A DNA stretch of 63,738 nt, the filler included, from Sphacelaria rigidula (lineage: Eukaryota), in assembly GCA_964200075.2 (NCBI GenBank). It is 5 parts of 5 records of this genome, joined end to end, with 100 filler letters (N's around TTAATTAATTAA, not from the genome) between each part and the next. Parts side by side here need not be neighbours in the genome. Positions count along the whole stretch, not along the records: positions 12,771 to 25,439 come from CAXNAA020003521.1; 4 more parts are not named here. One strand, 5' to 3'. Under the pieces are notes generated by a model. The model had not been told where the DNA came from. It did not search any database and saw only the letters and a program-made list of their open reading frames with translations. The first letter of the stretch is position 1, and every line of letters starts with the position of its first letter. Shown in pieces: positions 12,771 through 25,539 of this stretch. Both the position numbers and the translations under genes were made by a program.

Positions 12771-13755
12771 GGGTTCCATCCCTACAAAGCCGGGACGGAG
12801 CACGCCGGGTTCTCGCCGGACCAGGCTAAGGTGGGAGAGGGGGGAAGGGGGTATATTGCCTGAACTGTGAAATATGCCACCCTTCGAAACGCGGCAAACA
12901 TTTTCCTCACGTGCATTCCCGAATGAAGCGCAAGGTCGTGGATGGTCTGGGTATTTTTTCCTGCACTTCTTTTTACCGATGTCTCGGATTCCCCGGCCCA
13001 AGACACCGGCTGAAACAGAGCGAAGTTGCATATGCAAAGACAACTAACGACCTCGGGCTTGCGTGGAGAAGCACGCGTGTCGAAATTTTTGTTTCGTGGC
13101 TCTTGAAAGCAACGGCGGAAACAGATCAGGTGTGATATTCGGGGTTATGGTGGACCAGCCTGGAACCAATTCTTAAAACCGTTTCACGTCTACTCCAATC
13201 CTCACGTCGTTTTGGAGAGGTGGGAGACGAAATTGTACGCACGCATTTCTGACGAAAGCGCGGGGTCGTTTCGTGGTCGTTTACTCTCGCATCATGCCTG
13301 ACTTCACCAGGTTTTTGTGTGGGGTTCTCCCGTGCTTCGATATCGGTGAAAATCGACCGAGGACCCCAAGGAACCGACGAGACCGGGCGGAGTTCGAACG
13401 TACCACTCATGGACGACCTCCAGCTTTCCTTTCAGGAACATGCATGCAAGGTTCCTTTCCCAATTCTTGACAAAGGCGTGGAGAACATTTTCCGGATGTT
13501 CCCAGGATTTTCTCCGCGTGACTAGCTCGTAGACGCGAAGTTAACTGCAGAGACCGTAACCGCAGGGCCGAGGAAAACGGCATCTGGTCCAGAAGTAATG
13601 GCTTTATGATGTTTCCTTGTTGTAAACTGTCGGATTAATCTCCTTCACTACAACTTTTTTTGTAGCCCGTTTCAATCACTGCCTCAGGATTTTCCCTCCG
13701 CGTATACGCTTGAAGCTTCGGGGTGCTCGTGACTCCGTGACTCGTGGGAATGGTA

Positions 13756-14889
13756 CAGGCTGGTTCAGGGTCAGACACCCCAAGCGCACAAATCCGCTAA
13801 ACCTTTCGCAGGTTTTTGGAGTTGAACTGTTTTGAAAATTTCACACATATACTTGAGGTCATTACGAAACTTTCAGAGGACTCTTTTTTTTTTAATTCCA
13901 GCCGATGCATTGGTGGTCCCAATATTTTCGGGGATAATCGGGGTTACATGCCGTTCTGAGACCCCCGATAAGCGGCGATAATAAGGAAAAAAACATCGTC
14001 CTCACAGAGTTTCGTAGTGATCCAAAGTACATGTGTGCACATCGTCAGAGTCTAACTCCAAGAAGCCGCGCGATATTTTGCGGATGGGTGCGCTAAAGTG
14101 TATCGAGTCGGTACAACCTCCTAATTAGTTGATTTTAGTGTATCACGTTTTTCTGGGGTACGCTTGACGTGAAAACGACCCCCTTGCATGAGTGTATCGA
14201 GTTTCGCAACACAACTCCATGCAAATGTTCCTTGGACTACCCCAGACGAATGCACTGTTTTTTCTTGTGCTTTGAGACATGCTGTACCGGCTTCCGGGGG
14301 GTCTCCACGTCTGGACGCCTGGAAGCCGATAACTAGCGGAGAACCTTCCAAATATTTTGGGAACACTTTTGTTTCCATTTGGTTCATCAATTCTCGTACC
14401 CACCGAACTGCCAAGTTCGAGGGCGATCCGAGCTTTTTTTACGACAAATATAAGGGAAACCTTCCGGAGGCTTCCTGGGTCTTTGGTGTATGTCATCAGA
14501 GGGAATTCGACGATGACAACACCCCATATTACCGAAATACGATGGCTTTGGGCGTAAATAGATCCCATCGTAACCGTTTTCAAACATGTGTTATTCGTCA
14601 GATATCCGAGCTGATGGGGGTTACTACGATTCGAAGCATGTGGAGAGTAGGTGAAAATTGGTTTAGACATTCGTAAACTTATTTTCAGAACAGTTTGAAG
14701 ACCGCTGATTCGTCGACTTCAATTTTCGCCCTTAGCGCCACCCTCACGGCCTTGAAAAAAAGTTCGGCTGCGTCACCCTCGTTTCTTGTCCATAGCGGTC
14801 AGTACGATAGCATATATGCGACTATTAGGTAGAGACGGCAAAGGCACCACTGGTGAATGTATTTTGCGCGTTCACCCTGAATTAGCCTG
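13756..14889. mobile_element. Tc1/mariner-type non-autonomous element (MITE-like) with internal hairpin
   Basis: Imperfect TIRs CAGGCTGGTTCAGGGT ... ACCCTGAATTAGCCTG, with TA on the left flank. The body at about 14350-14660 is collinear with about 34100-34405. Internal inverted repeat at 13783-14094. Confidence 0.7.
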
Positions 14890-15684
14890 CAGTAATCGAT
14901 CCGGTCGAGGGGTTTCTAATCGGCGAAGACTTTTGGCCCGTCGTGCGGGGCCTCGTCTGCATTGATCTATTGATTGTGTGATGGATCATCGTGCGTTAAC
15001 TGATCCGCTACTAATCCAGCCGTGAAACACGCGCGTGAATGTCTGTTCCGCATGTGTGTCGTTGCCCTTGTCTCCAGTTGTGTCACTTGTGTGTATGTGT
15101 ATGTGTATGTGTGTGTATGCGTGTATTCTTGTCGTAATTTCATCTACTCGTGCTTCGTCGGGACGAGGCCGCAGGTGTAAAGTAACCAGCATATCTCTCC
15201 CCCGACACCTCCTTTGCACGGTAGAGTGGACATTCCTCGCGGCCCGTCGGCTGTTGTGGCATCGACTTCCATTACTTTGGCCAAGGAGTCTGTTTCTGAC
15301 GTCGTCGGACGCCGGACAACAGGAAAACCACTGTTTACATACTATCTGGACCTGACCACCAAGCCCGCCCCAAGCTAACGTTGATTGATCGATTGATTGA
15401 TTGATTGATTGATTGATAATCTCACATTAGCTGATTGCAACAATCCGGCCCGTGTTCAGGAGCAGCAAAAATAGAACAGAATAATAAAAAAAATACAATA
15501 GAGAAAGAAAGGAACAGAAAAACGACAGAAGCAACGGGCTCAAAAAGAAAAGAAAGGGGGCAGCGATAGCAACAAAAAACGATTGAGCAGTGTGACCACT
15601 TGGACGCGGCGCTGTTATATCCCTGTGTTTACATTTTTGTGTACGTTGTGATAGTATAAAAGCGTAATGTGGCCTCCGTTGTCC

Positions 15685-15802
15685 GGGAATGGCCATACCA
15701 CGTCGATAGCACCACATCTCGTTCGCTCTGTGAGGTCAAGCGGCGTCGGGTCATGCTAATACTGCGGTGGGGGACCACATGGGGAGCCCTGGTGCTGCTC
15801 CC
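15685..15802 (+). rRNA. 5S rRNA: 5S rRNA gene copy, diverged (probable pseudogene)
   Basis: GGGAATGGCCATACCACGTCGATAGCACCACATCTCGTTCGCTCTGTGAGGTCAAGCGGCGTCGGGTCATGCTAATACTGCGGTGGGGGACCACATGGGGAGCCCTGGTGCTGCTCCC is about 118 nt with hallmark 5S blocks (GGCCATACCAC, TCTCGT, AAGC, TAxTACT, GGGGGACC, GGTGCTG). A T-rich stretch follows. Terminal helix I has a mismatch. Confidence 0.85.
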
Positions 15803-16809
15803 TTTATATTTCCACGTAGGAACTTTTTTTTTAGGTTTCTTGAAACACCCATGTTTTGAATGCATTGGTGTGTTTTATGAGTGCAACCGCGTTCATCGCA
15901 TATCCTGCACCAGACATCAAACACGTCCGACGAGAAAGAACGAATTACGAATTATTTTTTGTCGAATGTGGGACAAAAGGGACGTGCGCTACAGCCCTAC
16001 AAGCATCTCAGAGTGCACTGCTCGCAATGCTCGCTTGGTCGTCCGGACACTTCCGTCACTTCGAAGTCCATGACAACTCTTTGGGGACTGCCCAGTGCCC
16101 TCCCTGGTTCAGGCGCATCATGATTAAAAGGCGTCCATGTTAGAAGGAGGACAACAGCAGCGTTTACCCATGATGAAAGAAGGGCAAAGACTCCCTTCCC
16201 GACAATATTTACCCCCCTCACCCGCTCTCCGTCTCTGTCTCTGTCTCTGTCTCTGTCTCTCTTTTTATTCCTGCTTTTTTCTTTTATACTGTAGTGGTGT
16301 TTGTGTCTTTGCCCCTGTAGAGCTTGTGGGTGATATATCATATCCAAACAGTGTTGGTTCCCAAATAGCTCCCTTGACTTTTTATTTTTATTTTTTGCAT
16401 GGCCTCTATACCTGAAGCCATGCTCCAGGGGCTGGTCATTTGTGGTGCTCTGTTTATTGTTTCTGTCCCTTCTTTCCCTTTTTGTCGTCATTTGTACTAA
16501 GCGCGATGCATGGCAGCAGTAATCAAGTCAGCAAGCGCCCTCTCTCCGCAAGTTGTAACGCGCCCCAAGTATCCTCTGTTCTATACACGGCGACACTTCT
16601 GTCGAATGCAAATGAGTCGCCAAGGGTTGTGTTGTGATCTCTCTCCACGCGCAGCATCACCGGTCAAATCATCAAAAAGCCAATCTTGGGCTGAGGCCAG
16701 CGATGATTTGCTGCTCATACTGCGAGGCACGTGGGTGTTTGCATATTGATCCCTGCTTGCTGAAAGTGAACGTGAGATTGGGTTATGACGGCCTGTGCGG
16801 TACGGCGAG

Positions 16810-16858
16810 GCACACACCTATTCCATGATGCACACACCTATTCCATGATGCACACACA
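16810..16858 (+). repeat. 20-bp tandem duplication (GCACACACCTATTCCATGAT x about 2.4)
   Basis: Directly visible perfect tandem copies. Confidence 0.85.
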
Positions 16859-17056
16859 CGTTGTTGGTTGTGTCGTGTATGGCATCATCCGCTCAGAGAT
16901 GAGAGAAGAGGAGCCGTCGACGGCATGCCCCAACACGAACACAAGAATATCATGAGAGGATATTCGTTTGTCAACAACATACTCGTAGTTGTATTCGGTT
17001 CGGCTCGGCTGCGACATGCACGAGGGTTCTACAGGGCACCGAAGCACCACCACTTT

Positions 17057-19240
17057 TATTGATTGTCACACTTTAACTGGTCCGCGAGGGACCCAGCAGT
17101 GGTCACAAGATAGACGTACCCAGAGGTGACAAAATGGGAACGCTCGCTGGAGAAATGGAAAAGTGCGGAAAACAAGAAGATGGGGACGAACAGAGTAAAA
17201 TTGAAAAAAAAAAATAACGAGAACGAATACAAGAAGGAACACAAGCAGAAAAAAGAGAAGGAGAAGAAATCAAAAAGAAGAAGAAATAAGTACAAGAAGA
17301 AATAAGTACAAGAAGAAATACGTAGGAGGAGAAAGAAAACGGTCCGAATGAATATATATATATAGACATAAAATTATAATGGTCGGCCCCGGTAGCATGG
17401 CTTCAGGTGGTGAAGGCCGTGTGCAGAAAAACACATGCCCTCATACACGAAACAAAAGAAAACAAAAGAAAACGGAAAAGACCACAACGATCCCAATGAA
17501 CATATATATATATATATATAAACGAAGTAAAACTAGAATGGTCCGCCCCGGTAGCATGGCTTCAGGTGGAGAAGATCATCCGCAAATGAACACATACCCC
17601 CATACACAAAACATAACGAAAAGGCCGTGGGGGCAGATTGAGGCTCAGCTATTCCAGACCATACTATTTGGGCATGAGCACTCATCCATGAGCACTCACC
17701 CATGAGCCCTATACGAAACTGCCACTGTATCGCAGAGGGGGAAGAAATAGCGCGCGAGAGAGATGGAGAGAAGAAGAGACACCAGAGACGAAGAAAATTA
17801 TGGAAGCGGTGAAACCCGAGGACAAAATTGAACACGTACAGGAGCACGATCGGGAACACAGCAAGGCCACAATCCAAGGAAAATGGTCAACAACCGATAA
17901 GAGAAGACAGGGGTAGATCAGTTTCCGTACTAATCCCATTCCCCCGATTCATTCCCTAGTCGTGTATAAAAACGGGCCACCCTGACTATGTCGTGGGTAC
18001 ACAAAATTCGACTTCATGGTCGGCGAGGGAAAGGGACTGCTGAACCCCTCTCACGATAAAAAAATAAAGGCAAGCGACCGCAGAAGGAAGATGAAAAGTT
18101 GAGAACAAACAAAAAAGAAGAACAGCAACAAAAAAAACTCCTTTGTTGGCCTTCCTCCCGTGTGACCCCGGCTGGTGCGCCCACATACACCGAAAGATGT
18201 AGACCGGCGTCCAGAATAAGTGAGATGACAACACTTGATCGACCATTTCCATCCTGGATTCCTCGCGAGCTGTTGCTGTTGTTGTGTCAGCAGTGCCGGC
18301 TCTCCGACTGGAGGCTCTCCGATTGGAGGCTCTCGACGTAGCAGCCTCTCGTTGTGGCGAAGGTCCGACTTGAGTTAGGCTTCGCATCGCCAGGTCTCCT
18401 CGGACTCTTCCACCCCATTCTCGACTCCAAGGTGTCTTTCATCCATGTTCTTCGCCGCCGTGACCCAACAATATGCGCCTTTCACCTCCACACCGCAGAC
18501 GAACCATTTTCCGTCGCTTTTCCTTTGCGTTGAAGAGCCCCCAGCGCACGCAGTCTATCTTTTGAGGCGGTGCCCCCCAGTGTTTCGAGAGCCGGCTAGC
18601 CTCCCTGGGCCCTTGTGCGTCTAACCGTCCGATCATGATATGCGCTTTGGAAGACGTGCTTCGTCCTGGCGAACAAGGGTTCTTCCTACGGACCAGAGTT
18701 GAAGCTTGCCGACGATCGTCTTGGTATGTTCGTAGCTGGTCATCTTCAATACATCTCTGTATGAAAAACGACTTGCAGCCAGTTCGCTCTTTCGCGCGGA
18801 ATCTGAACACGCGCAGCAAAAGCTCGTGGTGGGCCGCGCGCCGACTCTCGAAGTTCTCCGGAAGCAGCGTCCATGTAGCTCATTCGTAATGCAATGCTTC
18901 CACCACCTCCGCTTTAAATTTCCGTATTTTGAGAGGTACTGTAGCTGTGCGTTGGGTCGATCGTATAATTGGGAACTATACCTCCAGGGGCGTACCACGC
19001 AGGCGCCGATGCAGTGATTGATTTCGATGGAAACGTTCGCATCTGCGATGACGGCACCACTACCTACGGTAGGCAAACTCGGCCGTCTGTTTATACCGTT
19101 GACCTGACGCGTTGGTGTGCAGTGCAATCTCTGCGAAGCTGCGTACTGACCGCAGGCGCATGAACCCTATCTTGCTCTCCGATACCGTCAAGCCGAGCTC
19201 CTGGCAGGCCACCACTACCAGCAGTACCGTAATACCGCCA
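17057..19240 (-). mobile_element. Degenerate 5'-truncated RTE-like non-LTR retrotransposon (LINE family A) with long 3' UTR and TCAA tail
   Basis: Frameshifted C-terminal RT-region peptides: VVACQELGLTVSESK, GQRYKQTAEFAY, ADANVSIEINHCIG, YSSQLYDRPNA, SYRDVLKMT...LQLW...LVRQDEARLPKRI. The 3' UTR carries an internal duplication (about 17378-17455 and 17537-17615) and ends GTGTGACAATCAATAA. Homologous to 48845-49657. Confidence 0.85.
17984..18234 (+). mobile_element. 5'-truncated SINE family 1 copy inserted into LINE family A
   Basis: Matches the body and tail of 29585-29912 in reverse orientation. The flanks rejoin to match the uninterrupted LINE sequence at about 48990-49035. Confidence 0.8.
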
Positions 19241-19400
19241 CTTGTAAGTAGGGTGTACTTGTTGCTACTGTACAGTGTGTGCAATGCGCTTTTGGAGGTG
19301 TCGGTGGGATTCTCCTAGGGTGGTTGAAAATTGAAAGCAGTTGTACTGCTCTTCAGAAGCTCGGGACAATCACAGCCCTCGAAAAAACTTTCGGATTCAA

Positions 19401-19434
19401 GTTCGATTTCGATTTCGATTTCGATTTCGATTTC
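19401..19434 (+). repeat. (TTCGAT)n hexamer microsatellite
   Basis: Five to six tandem TTCGAT units. Confidence 0.85.
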
Positions 19435-21949
19435 GCTTTGAAAAAGAATCTGGCACCCCCCGGAGGAAAGTCCCCGAATGTTTGTTTTGCAAAACAAGGT
19501 ATTTCAACAGCTCGAAGGGGGACACGAGTGTACCGTTGACAGGGGCACACGCGGAGGTGTGACACACTCAACCGACACAAAAAACACGTGAACGTCAGCA
19601 ATCGATTTCCCTCGCGAACCAAAAGCACAGACCTTGAGTCTTACCTGTCTATCAGGCGAACTCGTTTTTTGTGGCCTTGGTCAAACCTATTCAAATTCCA
19701 GTAAGAGAGAACAATTTGTGTCAGACACGCGCCCAAAAACCGACACTAGGGGTGAAAAATTGCACGCTTGCGGTTGTAAAATGACACGCACGCGGCCGCT
19801 CTTCCTCCACTACCTACCGGGTTCCGTAAATTAAATATATATATATATCGCTCTGGGTGGAGGAGCAAGGTCTAGCGCTGGATCTGATAATGCGCGTGAG
19901 CCGTGGGTGTCAACACGTGTTTTCCCGGGGCTCGTCCTGTAGGTTGCCCTGTCGCCTCTTTTTTATACCAGTACAGGGATCTTGGACCAGCGACCACTAA
20001 AAGAACTGCCGTATTTTTTTCACCTGTGTGCAGATCTTGCTTGGATCTGGACGAAACAAGGTTCAGACTCAGTCGGCCACTGTGGGCGCAAATCTAGTTG
20101 CGAACGGATGTTGAGATGTATATATTTTTTTTCTCTTTCTCGATCCATCCAGTCGTTCTCCACACAGGCAAACTCGTTACGTCCTATTTTTCACCAATAG
20201 TTTGTTAGTGGTCAACTATTAAATATCTAGTCGCGCGACATGTTTTCCCCGAGTTTTTTTTCCCGGCAACTGCAAACGAGTTGTAGTTTCAAAATGGTGT
20301 TAGATACTTGTCATCGGCCCAGGTGTTGTGTTGTTGTTTCCCCCTCGCACGTGTAGCAGCGCATCTTGTAAAGGTCAGTATCTACTGTGGTTGCACCCCC
20401 TGTACGGCCGGTATGAGTCAGCAAGAAAATAGCCCTATAATGCATTCGTCATGATTGAAGTCTGGGTTCACGGTCATTTGTGCCGAGAATCTGGGCGCTG
20501 GCGGTTCTGCCAGATTTCGGAGGATGGCCATAGTCTAGGCGAAGATTGCCCGTAGCAGTAGGCTAGGTGGGCGCTGAAAGTGAGCTCTGAGTGTCATTTT
20601 GTTTTTGGTGACGTAATCGAGTCCGTGAATTGCACCCGTGTAACAAGATCAAGCCGGCAGAACTATAGGGTATATTCTTGCCTGGGTGGTCAAACGGCAA
20701 AAATCAACCGAGGTTGCCGTCTCTTCCCCAACACTCGATGCCTCGGCTTCTGCCTGGGCAGCAGGGGCTTGTGAGGGCGAAACACGCACTGCTGCACTTC
20801 CACGAGAGTTGCTTGTGTGTCTGTGTGTGTCTGTGTGTGTCTGTGTGTCTGTCTGTGTGTCTGTCTGTGTGTCAACGTTTGCTCGTTCTGCTCAGGTGGC
20901 TATGGGGGATGGGGGATGGGGGATGGGGGGGCAAATTCTGCAAGCATCGGACATAAAATCACACCATCACAGAACCACACCCGCACGCACGCACCGTCTA
21001 CAACACGTACGCCCTCACCAAATGCGCCACACCGTTCACCTCGTTGCACGTGTTGACCGCATGCATATACTACTGTTGGCCCAATCACGGCTGCTGTTCT
21101 GTACTGTTTCAAAATTCTCTGACCCGAAATGGCAATGCGGCTGATCGCGGCTTATGCACGAATATCCTCGACGCGTGGTATATGCGTGGGAATGGATTTT
21201 TTTTTTTTGTGTAGGCGTTATTTCTCCCACCAGAAGCGACTATTCCGAACCCCCGGCGAAGAGCGGGAAAAGATCAGCGCCCTACTGGCACATGGACGCC
21301 TAGAGGGTCAGCGTGGCAACCAACGAGGACGAGTCGACTTTGAAGCGGGCCAATCATTATACCCAACATGGTTAACGTCAGTGCGCGAACAGAAAAGGTG
21401 ACGTTGGCGTGCCCTGTACCACTGCTGGGGCCGTTTCCCGAACGACGTGTTGTGACCTGCCCTTTGGAAATGTGCAGCCTGCACTAAGTCGTTTGGATGG
21501 ATCCTTCGAGAGTAAATGCTTCCCGGAACGCAACAAGAGCACCCACGCGCTACCCTCTTCTTCACTCTTTCACATGGAGAACCCTTGAGATACAAGTTCC
21601 CTCTAAAGCGCCCACATCCTTTCTTGTACCGAGCAAAAGGCTTCTACAGCAGCAGTTGTTGGTGGCGCCCATGTGAACGCGTCCTAATGTCAAACGAAGG
21701 GCAAATACTGTATGGCCAATACAGTCATGCCCGGAATACATGAAATCAGGCAGAGTAGCAGGCAAACGGGAAGTTGAACAAGAACGAACACGGTCGAGCA
21801 ATGATGGTGCAATCGAACTGTCACGGTTGGCTCCTCGTAAGACCGAGAGCCTTGAGCCGTGAACAGTTTTTTCCCGACCTCTTGAAGCCATCGGCCTTAA
21901 AGAGACCTTGCTTGTAAGAGACCACCCACTGCAGTTTTTTTTTGTCATC

Positions 21950-22272
21950 ACCCTTTGGAACCCCTCCTCTTTCCCCGGGTCCAGTCCGCGGTCTCAAGGG
22001 ATCAACTCATCGCTCTTCTCTCTCGATACAAGCCTTGCATTTTGTCGTCGCGGATTGGATCATGACTACCAGCACTCTCGCAACCGTGTCGACTGTCGAC
22101 AAACAAACTCAGCCAAACGATCTCTATTTGCTATACAAGTCACGTTCTCTCGCTTTCAACGATGAAAATATCAGATGCTCCGAAGAAAAAACCCCGAGCG
22201 AATCTTACAAGAATCGAACCCACGCTCTTTCCACCCGAATAGTGTCAGCTGTACCGTTAGACCACGTGGGGT
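21950..22272 (-). mobile_element. SINE family 2 copy with tRNA-like A/B boxes
   Basis: Minus-strand head TGGTCTAACGG...GGTTCGATTC. The body has CGCGGATTGGATCA, shared with about 43170-43190 and 48505-48520. Confidence 0.6.
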
Positions 22273-22519
22273 CGCGGCGGTCGTTGTGGTATATTACAGG
22301 TTCGAAGGTACGAGTTTGCACCGAACGTGCGGTATGAAGAAGTATTAACGCGCTACAACCCGCCCCCCCATGCACACAATGGTCCTATGACTATGGCATG
22401 TATGATCATGAGTACACCCCCCATCCACACCTACTGATCACCCCCTGGATTGGTCGCGCGCGCCTGCGTGTACGCGTACGTATTTTTTAATCCGCCCGTG
22501 ATGTTTACGGCGCCAATAG

Positions 22520-24372
22520 GCCTGCGTTGATGAGATGCAGGCCATCGTCGACGCGGCACCCCACCAATCAACACCAGCCGAAGGCAACCCGACCGTCTCC
22601 AAGAACAACGGCGACACGTCGGTGTACGAAGAAATGCTGAACGACTGCCGGAGGAAGGCCGGCGACGCCACCCTCGAACGCTTGCGGCGCCTGTGCCAGA
22701 AGAAAGGTGGCGGCTACGGCACCGGCGGTGGCGGCGGGATGGACGAGGTCGACGAGGGAGGTCTCGGGGACGAGGAGACCGTGATCGTGAGCTATCACGC
22801 CGCGCTGCTGGGCAGGGCGGACGGTGCGGCGAACATCTATGGGGGGTGAGACATGACGACTGTATTTTTGTTCACATGGTGAGCGCAGGGACTTCTTGCT
22901 CCCTCTCTGTGTGTGTGCAGACACGAAGTGAAAGAATGCACCATATTCTACGGGTCAAGATGCATGGTTCGATACACCAGTTACACAAACCCTCCCGCCA
23001 GCACGCAGCGTGTGCATACAAATATATTATTGCTCCGTGCCAAAGACGTGGTACGCGTTCTCGTGTATCCCACAGCCCGACCCGGCTGATGCGGGAGTAC
23101 ACCCCGTCTGCCTCTGCCATGCCGTTCGCTGTGACCCATATATATATATATATATATATATAAACCATTGGTGGTATCCGGCAATACGAACGCATGACAC
23201 CAACCCCACTACTGTACACCCCGCGCTTCCCCTGAATCCAGCTTCCTTAGGAACAAGCTGAAGCAGGTGAACGACTCAGCTATCAAGAAACTGTCCTCCG
23301 CGCGAGCACTACACCGCCTCAACCTAGCCTCCGGTGGTGCCGTGTCGGCGGCGGCAGGTGCCGGTGGGGCAGGGGGCAGCGCCGGTGGCGGCGGCGATGC
23401 AAACAGCGGTGGGCAAGGCGCTGTCTCCCCCGACCCGCATCCGCACATAACAGCCCTCGCGACCGTGCTGGGGGAAGCGAGCAAGCTCATGGCTAGGCTG
23501 GCGGAGTCTAGCCTCGGGGAGGACGTGGAGGAGCCTGTAGCGCGGCTGCTGCACGAAGACAGCAAGACACAGGTGTGCGCGTGGGCGTGCTGTGTGTTGC
23601 AAGCGATATATTTCGTGTGCTGTAGCCGCGACAGGGGTACCTGTACCCTCGGATGGAATTCAGACTTTTTGTTGCGTGCTTGAGTCGGACTTGGATATCG
23701 CGTAGACCGCACTTGTGTCCTGCTTAACGGGAATCCCGTACAGTGCACGTAGTCCCTTATATCGCGCGCGGCTGAGCTTCTGATACGCCCCGAAGCTGGC
23801 GCTCCCGCGTGAAATGGTGTTTTTTTTCTTCACCGTCACCACTCCACCATTGACGGAACCTTTTTTGCCTGCGCAATTGGTGTATAGGCCGTCAAGGTTC
23901 TGGAGTGGTTTCAGCACGACGCAGATCTTCCCAAATGGCAAGCTCAGGTGTCGGGGGTCGGGGGGTCCTCGGGAAGCCATCGCTCAACCCGTCGCAATAG
24001 CCCCTCGACTTCGGCACCCAACAGCGGTAGCGGCAAGAGCCTGGCCTTCGACCTCAGTAGCGCAATAGGTGGTGGGGGGCGGAGCAGCGGCGGAGCAGTG
24101 GCGACAGGGTCAACGGGCGGGATGGACAGCGGCGGGGGTGGCGGTAGCTCCCCTTTTGACGCCCGGGGTATGGATTTTGTCATCGACGAAATGGCTCTGG
24201 CATGTCAGGTGCGTTTCATGCCGTTGGCTTGCTTCTTCTTTTCTTCTTTTCTTCTTTTCTTCTTTTTCTCATTATTATTATCTCCCGTTTGCGCTGCAGC
24301 TTAGTTCCAAGACAAATGTGCCACTTGTGCTTGTGTCTGGGAAGAAGCGCTAGGCCCTGTGATATACCGTGG

Positions 24373-24406
<34 letters not shown>

Positions 24407-24721
24407 CGGGGGGGTTGTGTTGGGTCTGCTCATCGTAAAGAAAGCATGATGGTCTACGGGATTCAACGTGGGGCATACAGAACGCGGACAGCGGTTTGTT
24501 GAACGGCTCGAAACTTACAACACGAAGGCTGTAGAAGCTGGATATTGGCACGACATTTCTGCCTCGCCGCATCTTCCTCCGTGCCTGCAACATTTCTTGC
24601 TCTGTCACATGATCACGCTTGATCTGTCCCGCCATCATGGCAGTATTGCCACAGGTACCTGGACTTCGTGGCGGATACTATGCGTCTGACGGAGGACCCG
24701 ACGTCCGAGTTTTTCACGCAG
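22520..24721 (+). CDS. COG4: Conserved oligomeric Golgi complex subunit 4-like protein, N-terminal/central part (partial)
   Basis: Phase-compatible exons 22520-22845, 23242-23572, 23888-24208 and 24644-24721. The spliced protein ALLGRADGAANIYGGFLRNKL...HITALATVLGEAS...LHEDSKTQAVKVLEWF...FDARGMDFVIDEMALACQYCHRYLDFV follows the order and spacing of COG4 motifs as recalled (PLLG..EEGL..F..YL; FADTLT.LFE; LQ.ECD.Q...VVDKF; EPRELD.IL.EV.LM....ELYLRFL). Recognised by eye; the homology is divergent. Confidence 0.65.
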
Positions 24722-24884
24722 GTGACGGCAACCATTTGTCTACAACGGGCGTGCAATGGCTGACCGCGCGTTGTTGTTCTCCAACCATGTACTACAACAA
24801 CGCAATGGATGCCTACTCTAGTCATGACTGTGCGTGTTATGTGGTCGTTTCTGGTGTTCGATGTTGTCGACTGGAGCGGACGAC

Positions 24885-25205
24885 GGTCTACACCTGTCGG
24901 TAAATGTGGGCGCACCAGCCGGGGTCATACAGCAGGAAGGTCAATACAGGGGCTTTTTGTTTTTGTTTTGTTTCGAGTACCCCATCTTCCTTCTGCGGTG
25001 CTTGCCTTTTATTTTTTATCGCGAGAGGGGTTCAGCAACCCCCTTCCCTCGTCGACCGTTACGTCGAATTTTGTGTACCCACGACATAGTCGCTCTCCAC
25101 TTTTTGGCATGGTGTGAGAAAAAATCCCAGATCGCTCCGAGAATTGAACCCACAATCCAATCGCCAGAAGATTTCGAGGTTACCAACTCAGCCACCGGGG
25201 CGACC
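24885..25205 (-). mobile_element. Near full-length tRNA-derived SINE family 1
   Basis: Minus-strand head GGTCGCCCCGGTGGCTGAGTTGGTAACC...GGGTTCAATTC. The body is identical in layout to 29585-29912. Confidence 0.85.
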
Positions 25206-25439
25206 GACGAGTTCTGTTGATATTTGGGTAGTGGAACGTGAGACAATTAGCCGGATTTGCTCCAACTGCTGCTACAGAGACTCTAAGATGAATGTTTCCC
25301 CCAAGTTTTGAAACGTTAATGGCTCGACTGGAACACGGAGACTGGTACAGCGGGAGGGGGGGGGGGGGACTATCCCGAACCGATCCCCCCGATTATACGC
25401 TCCTCGGCGCCGAATGAAAAGAACCAGGACGGGGCTAGG

Positions 25440-25539
25440 NNNNNNNNNNNNNNNNNNNNNNNNNNNNNNNNNNNNNNNNNNNNTTAATTAATTAANNNNN
25501 NNNNNNNNNNNNNNNNNNNNNNNNNNNNNNNNNNNNNNN
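25440..25539. other. Artificial contig linker
   Basis: N-run + TTAATTAATTAA + N-run. Confidence 0.97.

Noticed and set aside
21234..21306. Possible upstream COG4 exon (KRLFRTPGEEREKISALLAHGRLE)
   Set aside because: The acceptor is good, but the available GT donor is phase 1 and does not join the phase-0 exon at 22520. Left unassigned.
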